Shown: positions 23,563-35,828 of the stretch, piece after piece | How the letters are laid out: every line of letters begins with the position of its first letter | Position numbering within the stretch: position 1 is the first letter of the stretch | Assembly: GCA_021613535.1 (NCBI GenBank) | Contig: CP075496.1 | Span: 9,920,001 to 9,984,000, forward strand | From: Adineta vaga | Taxonomy: Eukaryota; Animalia; Rotifera | DNA: 64,000 bases | Direction of reading: 5' to 3' | Translations under genes and position numbers: made by a program | The notes under the pieces: generated by a model | The model's database searches: none | Seen by the model: the letters and a program-made list of their open reading frames with translations, nothing else | What the model was told of the DNA's origin: nothing

Positions 23563-24228
23563 TACCGTTTGAACAAATAAACAAGTTTGACCGCATAATC
23601 CAATCAGACCATAATTCTTTTCTCTCTTATCCTTAGTGACCTCTGATAAATTAATCAGTCTTTTCTCTTTTGATCTTTTTACATCATATCATTTTTACTT
23701 GAATTATATATTGTTATCTAATTTATGACAAGTTAATCTTATGAACCTTTTTCAAAACATATTTCTCCAAAGAAATAATCTTTTATTGCAATAGCTGATG
23801 GATAAGATCGATCGATAGAATTAAAACGAACTGAATTATGTTGGATTATACTGATACTATCTAGCAATCCATTCTAGCGTCAAATATGATTGTATATATT
23901 TGTCTTCATGTCAATGAAGGCGCATGGGTCTGCAGAACAGTCAAATGAGTAAGATTTGTTTTTTTCTCTTCTCTTCTCTTTTAGAAAGGAAGAGAAAAGA
24001 AAAACTAACGTACGACTCGTTTGGTGCAAATGACAAGAAAGAATGATGGAGAATGTGTTATACAACACTGTAGACGTTATAAATACGTGGCAAAGAAAGA
24101 GACGCTATTATTTTTGTTTTCTACAGTTAAAAATCTATTTTTTTCTAAAGTAAGTTTTGTGTCATTCATTCTCCATGTTGTTTTTATCGTTAACTGTTTC
24201 TCTATTCTTCTTACCTCTAATAGAACTG

Positions 24229-24862
24229 ATGGGTTCAACACATAATTCTAGCAGTGCAACTGCAATCATAAGATACGTCGCTCTTTGTGCATCTGATGGT
24301 GTCGGTGTTGGAACATCTCAACCATCCAAAGATGGTTGGGTACCAAAATTTGCTTCATTAATCAATGCACAAGAAACATTGAATCTCGGACGAAGTGGTT
24401 CAACACTAGCCGATGCTCTTCGTCAACAATTACCACATGCATTAGAACAAAATCCAAATGTGATCACTATTTGGTTAGCAGTAAATGATTTTAATCAACA
24501 AGTTTTTAATCCTTCAATTCTAACAACTTATAAATCAGATTTAAATAAAATGTTATCTCAATTACGAACAAAACTTAGTAAAGATACTCGAATCTTAGTT
24601 GGAAATATTCCCGATCTATCACAAGTGAATATCTATACATCATTTGGTATACCAAAACAATTTCTCAGTATGCAAGACACAATGGAATGAAGCAATTCAA
24701 GATATTGTACAAAAACATCAATGTGAATTAGTAGATTTATTTGTACATTGGAAAGAATTAGCTTCACATCCAGAATATATATCATTTGATGGATTTCATC
24801 CATCAGCACATGGTTATACTAGATTGGCTGAAGTATTTTATCAACATTATACAAAGAATTGA
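24229..24862 (+). CDS. SGNH/GDSL-family hydrolase (bacterial-like); frameshift near 24676
   Basis: Block I YVALCASDGVG, block II NLGRSG, block III WLAVND, block V DGFHP. 5'UTR intron about 24150-24223. Confidence 0.85.
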
Positions 24863-25206
24863 ATTGGAATCTCATATGTACATTAAAAAAAAGAGCATTG
24901 TCTGATTGTCGCAAATAAAATTCTCATTCTTAATAAATAAGCAAGGAGAAACCATAAGAAGTTAATTATATTAGGTATTACTTATGCAGTGTGATTGAGA
25001 TATTCGAATTTTAAAAGCTAGAAAATGAAATTCACTGTATATGCTTTGTCTGGAATCAGTTGTGAAGATTGAAGAAGAAAATTAAAATTATGGTGAAATT
25101 CGAAAAAAAAACAATCGATTTCAATCGTGTTCATCTATATTGTTAAGTGGATATATATTACATAAAAATAAGTCTTTTTATTTGAACGTAAAGATTAATA
25201 TAATTA

Positions 25207-28200
25207 TTAAGCATTGACAGCAGGAGTTCTTGATGTCGCTCGAAGATTAAAACCTCCACCAGTATAACGAGGTTGATCACTAAAATAACGCGAAAATATT
25301 CATATTAATTTTTTCAAAAAATCCTTATTTACCTTGATCGATTGGGTTGAATAAGATCCGATGGTGGTTGTTGTAGAGTAATTCCATTAACTGTTGTTGT
25401 AAGTTGCTGTTGTGTTTGAGAAAGACGATCACGTTCACGTGCCATTGTTTCTCGTTTCTTTTGAAGAAAATATTTCTGTCGCACTTCAGTTAATTGACGA
25501 TTCAGTTTGTCAATTTCATATTTGTAATCATCAATTTGATTTTCATACATATTTACTTCACTTGCCAAAGATTTCAATTGTTTTGTTTTTGCTTTCAACG
25601 TTTCTTGATAGATTGATAATTGTTCAGCAACTTCCGGACCTGGTTGACGAGCTAAATAGAAAAAATTTTATGTAATACATCTTCTAGATTATTTCACGAA
25701 TCGAATGTCTTACCTAAAATACGTTTGAGTTCTGCATATAATTTTTCTTTTTCTTGAATTAATAATTCTTTTTGAACGACTTCTTCAGTTTTTTGTATTA
25801 ATCGTTTTTGTAATAATTGAATTTTTTGTATCAATTCATATGTCGATGGATCACTTCCTTCTAATTTTCTCCAACGATGTACATTCATTGGATTTTCTAA
25901 TTCTTCTTCTAATGCACGACAACGTGTACGTTCACGTAATAATTCTCGTTGAACATGAAATACTTCACGTTTGAGATCATCTGTATTGGCAACTTTATCT
26001 TGTAATGTTCCTTTTTCATGACGTAATTTTTTCAATTCTAATTTCAATATACGTAAATCTTCTAAACGACCTTTGTATTGCATTTCTCCTTTATTTAATG
26101 TTGATTGTTGAATCTTTAATTTTTCATAAAGAAGTGCAAGTTCATCATTTCGACGAACAAGTTGTGTACCGAGAACATCACGTTCAGCAATAACCTTAAA
26201 TAATGAAAATAAATTTGAATTGAAAAAGAGTAAACAAAATGATTTATACCTGTTGTAATTGTTTCATTTGTTTCTTACGTTCATCATTTGCTTCCGATAA
26301 TTGTTTATTTAATCGTTCAAATTCGGATTGTTGATTTGCATATGCTTCTTCTTTTTTCGTTGCTTCTTTTTTCAATTGTTCAACATTAACCATAAGTTGT
26401 TCTTTGTCTTTTTTAACTTTATCATGTTCAGCTTGTGCACGTACAAGATCTTGTTCTTTACCTTGAATTTCTTCTTTTAATTGATCAATTTGATGATTCA
26501 TAATCTTTAATTTTCGTTTCATTTCACTAATTTCATCATGAGTTTCAATAAGATTTTTCGAATATAAATTACGATCAGATCGAACAGCTTCATATAAATT
26601 TTGTTGTTGTTTTAATCGCGTTTCTAATTCAGCTATTTTCTTCTTTTGATCAAATAATTCCAATTCTTTCTTTTTAACTTCTTCCATTAGAGCAAGAACT
26701 TGATTTGTTAATTGACCAGCTTCAGTTATATATCTGGATAAAGGAAAAAAATTCGTGAAATATATCGTATTCTACACTCACAAAGGAATCTTTTCCTTAC
26801 CGATCTCTTTCTTTTTCCATTTTGAGAATGATTTTTCGTTGTTTACCAGCTTCTTCTTTATAATTCGTAATATCTTGTTCTAAAGTTTTCTTCGATTGAT
26901 CGAATGTTTTAACTTGATCTGTTTGTTTTTGATTGTCAGCATATAATTTTTGACATGTTTTATTCAATTGTTCTCGTTCACGTGTTAACCCTTCAATTTG
27001 TCGTCGATTATCTTCTTGAACTTTCTTAAATCGATCAATCTCTTGTTCGAATGATGATATTGATGAACGTAAAATTTCACGTTTTTGCTCAGCTTCACCA
27101 ATTTGATCTTCAACTTGTCGTAGACGTTTTTCGACATGATCCTTTTTCTTCTGTTCACTATCACGTTCTTTACGTAATTGTACTAATTCATCTTCTTTTT
27201 CTTTTAATTCAGTAACACGATGTGCACAATCATTAGCAAGTTTTTCATTCGTTGTAACTAGTTCCGTAAATTGTGTACGAGAATTATCTAAACGTACTTG
27301 AAGAATTTGATTTTCTTTCGTTAAACGAACATTATCATCTTTTAATTGTCGTAAATGTTGTTGAGATTTTTTTAATTCTTGCTGTTGACTTTCTAATTGA
27401 GCTGTTTGAGCTTTGTATTCAGCATTTCTTAAATCTAAATTTTGTTTACTTGATTTCAATTCAAGTTCAACTTGTTCCTAGAAAATAATTGTGAAGAATG
27501 AAAAAGTTAATGTAAAAAGAAATTTACTCGTTTTTTCGTTTCTTTCATATTTTCATTCTTGGCTTGTGTAATTTTTTCTTGTAATGTTATAATTTGTTCA
27601 TTTGATTCATGAATTTTCTTCTCTACGTCACTTTGTTTCAATGAACTATCATCGAGTTCACGACGTAATTGTGTAATATCACCTAATAATTTATCACGTT
27701 CCTGTGTTAATTCAGCTCGAGCATTTACGAGATCAGTAACATCTTGTTCTTGACCAACACTCATACCTAAAAACGACATGATTTCATCCATGAGAAAATA
27801 ATTTGTAATTTTTTTTTGAGTTTGAAAGAGAATAGAAGAGTTTTATCTGTTCTGTAACTAATAGAACTGATAAGACCGACTTGAAAGTTACATATAGACA
27901 AAGGTAGTTAAGACAGACGATTAGTTGATATGCAATGAATGATAGAGAATGTATGATGTATTTTTAATAAGTCAATATCGACATGAGCTAAACAGATTTT
28001 GTGATCAAACTCGAATGGTACGTTATTTTTCTGTCATGTTTTCTAATAGATTGCATACTAGTACGGATCTTGAAATAGCTCAACGGAAAGTGTCTCCTTT
28101 TTTTATAACGATTGATATTAGATTTTTCGTCTCTCTATCGAATGTCTGAATAGTCGTGTGGAAAGAAGTAACAAATATCAGAACGTCAATAAACGACAAA

Positions 28201-28886
28201 AGCATGAAGAGTAATAAAGTAATAAGATACGTTTGTAGAGAAAAATAGTCAACTATACAAAAACATATATCAGTCATAAAGCAAAGGTAATGTAATGTAA
28301 TGAAGAAGAAGTTTTATCATACCTGCTCCTTGTTCGACTAAATTAGTTAAATTATTAATTTCAATTCGTAAACTTTGAACAGTCTCTTTTGCTCGTTGTT
28401 CTTTTTCATGAGCAGCATCGACCATTTTCCATGCTTTTTCAATTTCTTTGCGTAAGGAATTAATCGCACTTTTATCTTCTTCACTTAATTTCATTGCAGA
28501 TTGAACTTTAGCCGAATTTGTAACCAATTCCGAATTCAATTCTCGACATTTTTGCATTAAATGTTTTTCACTATTATGAGATTTCAATAAAGCTTTATGA
28601 AGTTTTTCATATTCTTCACGAAATCTATCTAAACTTCGATCACCACCAACAAGTTCATTCAATACCGTCTAAAAGGAAAAATTTTAACTCTCACTTTTTG
28701 TTTTGTAATCAATGAAACTCATACTTGATATTCATCTTCCATCACTTGTAATGCACCATCTTCATAGGCTGTTCTCATCATAGGTGGTTGTTTTCTTGAA
28801 CCATCTACATCAGTAGAAGGCATAGCAGAACCTGGGGCACCTTGATCAGCGCCAGCATTATCGGGCGATTGACGACCGTCCGACAT
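25207..28886 (-). CDS. CFAP58: Cilia- and flagella-associated protein 58 (CCDC147), multi-exon
   Basis: Long coiled coil with diagnostic segments LYEAVRSDRNLYSKNLIE, RCRALEEELENPMNVHRWRKLEGSDP and C-terminal RYTGGGFNL. Confidence 0.93.
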
Positions 28887-29055
28887 CAATGATCAGTGTA
28901 TCGATTTAAATATGAATCTGAAAGAAAAAAAAACTCAATCAATAAATGCAATTTCAACATCTGTGTTATAACAAGAGGCCAAAGTCATTTCTTTATACTT
29001 AATTATATTTATGATTATTATTGTTGTCAACCATTTAAACATTAATTTTATCATA

Positions 29056-29067
29056 GTTGCTAGCAAC
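29056..29067. promoter_or_regulatory. RFX X-box-like palindrome upstream of CFAP58
   Basis: Perfect palindrome GTTGCTAGCAAC ~170 nt upstream of the ciliary gene ATG, in the divergent CFAP58/POFUT1 intergenic region. Confidence 0.75.
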
Positions 29068-29451
29068 CACCTTCATTCGTGTTCGGCCTGTCATATGTAA
29101 GTTTTCTTTATTTGAGAGAAAAAGATGTCACTCTAAATAGGTGTAGAGAAATTTTCTTTTTTTTTCTCGATCAAATTGTCATTTGTGGGTTGGTTGATGA
29201 GTGAGATTAAATACGTGTCAATTGAAAATTAATCGTTCTTTTGCCACCTTTATAAACTAATACCAACGATTGAAACATACATATATATATATTTGTATAT
29301 ATTTATTGACGAACGTATGCGAGAGAAAGAGATGACCTTGTTTGTTTGCTCGAAATTGTTTAAATAAAATTCTATGAGATAGAAAGAAACAAAAAAAGCA
29401 TGATCTCATTTGTGACTGGTATCAATTTCATTTGATATAGTGTCATTTTAG

Positions 29452-30702
29452 ATGAAGTTCGTTCTGTTCAGTGTTCTCATTTCAATCGTTTTTATTTTTC
29501 AAGTACAAACAGAGCAAGATATTGATCCAAATGGATACATTATGTTTTGTTTATGTATGGGTCGATTTGGAAATCAAGTAGAACATTTTCTTGGAGGTTT
29601 AGCATTTGCCAAAGCAATCAATCGAACATTAATTGTACCACCTGTACGTAGGTTGACTTAACGATAAAAAGAAATGATGAAGAAAAAAATCTAAAGGAAA
29701 GTAATAGAATAATGAAAGCTGTTTTTCTTTTTGCTATTCGATTTAGTGGCGTACTTATAAGAATATTCGATATTCTGAATGGTTTGAAATTGAATCTCTT
29801 CGTTTATATCATCGTGTTATTGATGCTGAAGAGTTTATGCAAACATTGGCTTCTCGAGTATGGCCAGTGGAATCTCGTATTGGATTTTGTTGGTTACCTG
29901 CTGATCGATCAAAATCCGAATGTCAAATGAAAGAAGGCAATCCATTTGGTGCATTCTGGAATGAATTGAATGTTAGTTTTGTTGATACAGCTACGTATCA
30001 ACTCGGTTATGATGAATATTCAATTGCACAATGGTATCATCTATTTCCTGCTGATAAATATCCTGTATTAGCTTTGAAAGGGGCACCAGCATCATTTCCA
30101 ATGTTAGCTGAACATCGTCAATTACAAAAATATATGAATTGGTCCGAACAAATTATGAACGAAGTTCGACATCATCAAACAACATTATTCAACAATGAAT
30201 CTTATATTGGTATGCTATGAAAAGATACAAATAGTTTGAATGAATTATTTCGTTATGATTTCTAGGAATTCATTTACGAAATGATATCGATTGGAAACGA
30301 TCTTGTGCTGATGTTGAATCATACAAGACTCGTTCATATATGGCTTCACCTCAATGTTTTGATTTATCATCTTCAACACAAGACTATGTTACTCATAAAA
30401 TATGTTATCCTTCTGATGATGAAATTTTTCGTTTATTGAAAAATATTGTTGTTCGTACACGTATACATAATATTTATGTTGCGACTGATAAAAGACCAAT
30501 GATTCAAGAAATTGAAGAACATTTAGCAGCACAACGAGTAAAAGTGAAACATCTTGATCCCTGGTTACCTGTGATTGATGCAGCAATGTTAGCTCATGCA
30601 GATTATTTTATTGGCAATTGTGTTTCATCATTTACATCAGTTGTAAAACGAGCTCGAGATGTAAATAATTTACCAAGTGCTTTTTGGGGATTTGATAATT
30701 AA
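29452..30702 (+). CDS. POFUT1: GDP-fucose protein O-fucosyltransferase 1, 3 exons
   Basis: Signal peptide, [58 protein letters not shown]. Confidence 0.95.
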
Positions 30703-30886
30703 CTAACTTATAAGAATAAATCAGTTTTTTTTTGTGTAAATAGAATAACTATTTCAAACAATAAAATATTATTGAATTAAATGTAATTATGCTAACTAAC
30801 TATCATAAGTCAGTATATTCATAACAAAACAGAAACTATACATCTATAGATATTAGACGAATCAGAAAGAAAAAACAATATGTACA

Positions 30887-32279
30887 TCAATATTCTAAAT
30901 TCATTAAATTCGTCAAACTTTTACCCCATAATGGAATTGAATCTTTTTCGCCAAGTTTTACTGGTGATATTGCTACTTTGATTGTATCATCCACGAAATA
31001 TTGATGAATTTTATCGCTTTTATACATATTAACAACTAATGAGATAAGATCAAGTGTTTGTTTAACTAATGCTGCAAATCGACGAACAGCATCTCGATAT
31101 CCATATCGATAAATCATATATTTCCAAAGAATTTCCACAAATACATTTTGACTTCCAAATAAACGAAATGTTCCCCGAAGAAGATGATCATTGAATAGAC
31201 TTTGTTGTTCATCTAACATATAACAATTTGATGAGAAAGCTATTATAATAAGCATTAATTTAATTAATGTATTATCTTGTTCAAGTCGACTATTAAGATG
31301 TTGTTTTCTTCTGATCATATCAGATCCTAATGTATATGTTAACATATTTAACCATAGAGGATTTTCAAGCATTCGTAAATCTCGACAAACAATTTCAGCA
31401 CAAAATATAAATAGACCATTTAAATTTCGTTTTAATAATGAACATTGTTCATGTGTAGTAAGAATTTTATAATCAGGTGAAGAGGCAAGAAATGATTGTG
31501 CAGTCGTATAATAGATAGTAAATAAATTATGTGTATGTGATACATCGAAGAGAAGTTCGCTTGGTAAGTTATTTAAATATTTAATAGTATTAGAAATTGT
31601 CGATGAAGATTCGAATTTATCATAAGCATGAATAACATTTGAAAGTAATGTCCATTCTAGATGACTTAAAGAAGAGCGATCATAGTTTAACAAATCGAGC
31701 GTTTGTAATTGTGGAGAAAATTGTTTCTAATTTAGAAGAAAGAATAGAATATGAAAAAATAAGATACATGTGTCGTGCTATTCTTTCTGAGAAGATGACA
31801 CTCTTCCTACGTCTACGAAATAAGTGTATACATACCACGATCAATTGTTTCGTATTGTTAATATTCTTGATATTTCGTCGATTGAAACGCGTATTATTTA
31901 TACTTTGATCTGTTACACGTATAAAATCAGGATTCATTCCAATAGTAAAACATTTCTTCAAACGACACGCTGTACACCCTAATCGATTAAATTTTGTTAT
32001 CTCACAATCTCCACTATATTGACATAGTAGTTGTCCCTATTGAATATGAAAATATAACAAAATATATAGAACGTTTCATCGATTCTGTTAGAAATATTCC
32101 TATTTTACATGAGATATATTTCGACGAAAGAATGTTTTACAAGCTTGACAACAAAGTGCACCATAATTAATAATACGAGCAATATCACCACATACGAGAC
32201 AAAAACTTTGGGTTGATACACGTCTTCCTACTTTATTCTTTGTTGAGATTGCTGGTGGTTTAGCGAAAAATGAATTCAT
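30887..32279 (-). CDS. Divergent nuclear hormone receptor (C4 zinc-finger DBD plus degenerate LBD), 3 coding exons
   Basis: CLVCGD..NYGALCCQACKTFFRR and C..CRLKKCFTIGM, followed by a helical LBD-like region (31693-30887). Confidence 0.88.
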
Positions 32280-33626
32280 TTCTATACGATACAAATCAAA
32301 AAGTTAATTTTATGAAAAAAGAAAATCATATCTACGCAAACATATTTATTCATCCTAAGTACATGAGCCGTAATGACGTCGAAAAAGAGAACGAAACTTA
32401 AGTTAAAGTCCAGATGTGTATGTTAGTAGCTTACTCTATTTTACTTTTTTTTTTTAGTATGACATATACGCCTCTGTCTTTATTGTTTTTCAGATTGTTA
32501 TCAGTTAAGAAAAAAAAATGTTTTCTCTTTTTTTCTATTTCTCAATAGCTAAGGTGTGTAATTGTTTATCATCGGAAGCAAATATTTACTCGAAAGATAT
32601 CGAAAAGTCGGACGATTTTTTTGTATACGCCGAGATTTTAACAGAAACTAGCATGCAATGAAAAATAAAACTATATTTTCTGTAGAGTATTAATCCACAT
32701 AGTTACAGTTATCGTTGATTCTATTTTAGGTTACAAGATTAGCAAATAAAATATATATCGAATGTCTTTGATGTTTTTCACGATTTGAAAACTTAATATA
32801 CAAATATTAACATTGATAGTTCGAAATCAATTACAATTTGTAGTAATCTATCTGTTTTATATCAACTAATATCTCTATTATGATATTTAAAAATTGAATT
32901 TTTCCATAATAATGAAAATACAGATAGTGAATTATATTTAAAATTCTTTTTTTGATTGTTGCAATGCTCAGTTCTTATGATAAAAAATTCATTCATGAGT
33001 TTGGTATGTATGAAAAATCGATCGTATTTTTTGATTTATTTACATCATATGTGAATTTGGATATATTCAAGTATATTCGTGCTGTATCCTTATATTTATG
33101 ACCATTGATTGGACCAACACAATTTCTTTTAAGGTGTCATATCTTCATATAGAAGCTAATATGTCTCGTGTTAAACATTTGATTATTCAAAATGAATGTT
33201 ATATTGTAGAATCATGATTTCTATTGAACATATTAGAAGTATTATCAAATGTGATATTATTAACAACTATAATAGAAATATTTTAAAATCTTTAGGTATT
33301 TCCAGTAACCACTATTCAATCAATTGACTAAGCATTTCTTTTGATTTTAAGATCAGAATTAGGCGAGCAATGCTCGATATTCTTGTTGATTGAAAAACAA
33401 TTTTTACACGAAACTTGTCTTTATATATATTTTTTACCTACGTAAGCTGTAAAATTATGTGATAGATCGTTATTTAACCGTCCCGATAATAAATATAATA
33501 ATAAGTTCAGTATTTACTTAACAATCTCTTTTCTAAAGATTTTATTTATTAAAGTATTTTTCTAACATATAAATGTACGGTAAATGACTTAGCTCGAGAA
33601 AAACGTTGTTTTTTTTCTATTAAAAT

Positions 33627-34444
33627 TTAACATAATTGCTCAGTGAGTAACGTACCAGTTCCATTTTCTTCATCAGTCCATTCAATACTTCCAATATTAA
33701 TAAATTGTTCACGCAATAATCGTTTATGTTTATTTTTATCTATCATTTCCATCAAATGAGTAATATGTTGTTGAGAAATATTTGCACCACTTTGTTCATT
33801 AACTGGATGTCCAATATGTTCAAACATTGAAGCAAACAACTGTTCAGTAACATCTCGAGATAGATAACTGTAAAAATAATATAAAAATATGAACGACAGA
33901 ACTATTTTTACGAACCCTTTCTCACGTATATCGAACATATCAAACAAATAACCAAGATAAGATTTATCTATTAAATAAAGAGAAATTAATTTAAAGAAAT
34001 CAGTCATCAACAGGACAATATCTTTCTAAATTAACATCGTTGTTTTTTAAATACATATACTATTTGCTTACCATCATTTAATTTATAATGTAAAATAATA
34101 AATTCAGTAAACCCAATAAATCCTGTTCGTTTCTTGTCACTGAAAAGAAAAATAATCTAATCTATTCGAAACAATTATCATCGTTCTTACCATTTATTGA
34201 ACAAAAAGTTTGAAAGCTTCTCAGGATTACCTGTTGGCCAGATTTCTTGTAGAATAATATCAAATTGTTGTTTTGCCATTTTTCCATCTTTCGAAATATT
34301 TACAAATTGAGCATGTCGTCGATAAACTTCTTTATCGACTAAATTTGTTTGTTGACATATAAATCGAATATGACTAGATGTTAACATCATATTATGTTTT
34401 ATAGCAATATGTGTATTAATAAATTTAGATTTCTCATGTCCCAT
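33627..34444 (-). CDS. Neuronal calcium sensor/recoverin-like EF-hand protein with degenerate loops, 4 exons
   Basis: MGHEKSK myristoylation-type start and IWPTGNPEKLSNFLF. EF loops DKKRTGFIGFTE, DIREKGYLSRDV, DKNKHKRLLREQ. Confidence 0.8.
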
Positions 34445-35828
34445 GACGGTTAATAAAATATATATGAGAGTTATTATTGATTCAAATAGATATGACTTTA
34501 AAGTATTGAAAACATAGAGCACGTTCTAGTCTTTCTTGTGCATGACATTTCTAGAGAACTAATATACAGCGTCAATGCTCGCTTATCAAACGCAAATAAT
34601 AGACTTTTTTTCATTCAACTTGAGCATAAAAGGTAGCATCTGGATCGTTCACTTATAGCGACTCAATTTCTATGCTTAGTAAAAATTATTATGCGTGAGC
34701 AAAAGAGAAATAAAGAATTTTATTTAAAACATGCTATCATTAATATTTTCTCAAGTATGATACTTAGTCATACGTAAGATGTTTTTCAGTAATAGAACTG
34801 TAAAAAAAAAACTCTTAGAACATTTCAATACATTGTTCTGTAAGTATGCTATAATAAGATGCACAATGAGCTTGATTGTTGATCAAATTTCTAGGTATTT
34901 AATTTCTTGAAGATATGAGTTTATCATATCAACGATGAACAACAAGTCGACTGTTTTAGTTTTCTACAAAATAATTCAGTAAAACTAAAATCATGGACTT
35001 TTAGTTCGTTAGGGTTTCCCGTCAAACAAATTATTGAATTGCAAAAGATGAGCAATTAGATCATCACAGACATAAAATATCAAATTGAAATATATGTATA
35101 TATTTATATTTAAAAAACCGTTCTCTATATAATTAAACATGATTATACAAGAGAAAAGTTGAAATAACAAAAGAAAACCTCAGAAGATTCTTAATTTGTC
35201 AATATCTTTTTAGAAAATAGCAAGATATTGTCAAACTATTAATAGATGATAACAACAAAAGAAAAGAAAACAAACAAAAGAACATTGAATAATATAGATC
35301 ATCAAATCCACTCGGCAATGACTCTTCTTCATTTGTTTCAAAGTCTTGATGATTTTTTCATACAATACACAATGACAACAAACGAAAAGCAAATATAATA
35401 GCACCACACAAACATACACACGGTTTTATTTTCGATTGTTGTTTTGGCTTTTGATCGATGATATACGTATAAATGCAAGATCACACAACTTTATAAATAG
35501 AACTGAAGGAAGAAGATAGCATTGCACAAATTGAGCAATAGAGAAAGAAAGAAAAAATGAATGATCATCATTATTTGTTTTTTTTGTGTGTTTTGATTAT
35601 CAGTAATAGACAGATAAATAAACACTGACCTTCACTGTATGCATATAGAAGCAAAGAATGAGAAGCAGATATATATACATTTGATGAAAATGAATATAGT
35701 AAGAAAAACGAAAGAAAGTGAAAGTAAAACGTGGAGCATTTCCTTGATTTTGTTTTCTTCTTGTGAAACAATTGTTGTAGTCTACTGTTCGATAATCAGG
35801 ATAAGAGAAACAATATAACATCAGTAGG

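Noticed and set aside
95-24680. Programmed ribosomal frameshifting as the explanation for the broken ORFs
   Set aside because: The shift sites share no slippery heptamer, direction or downstream structure.
27975-28150. Possible alternative terminal exon in the long CFAP58 intron
   Set aside because: The best acceptors give immediate stops, and an open frame needs a weak GAG acceptor.
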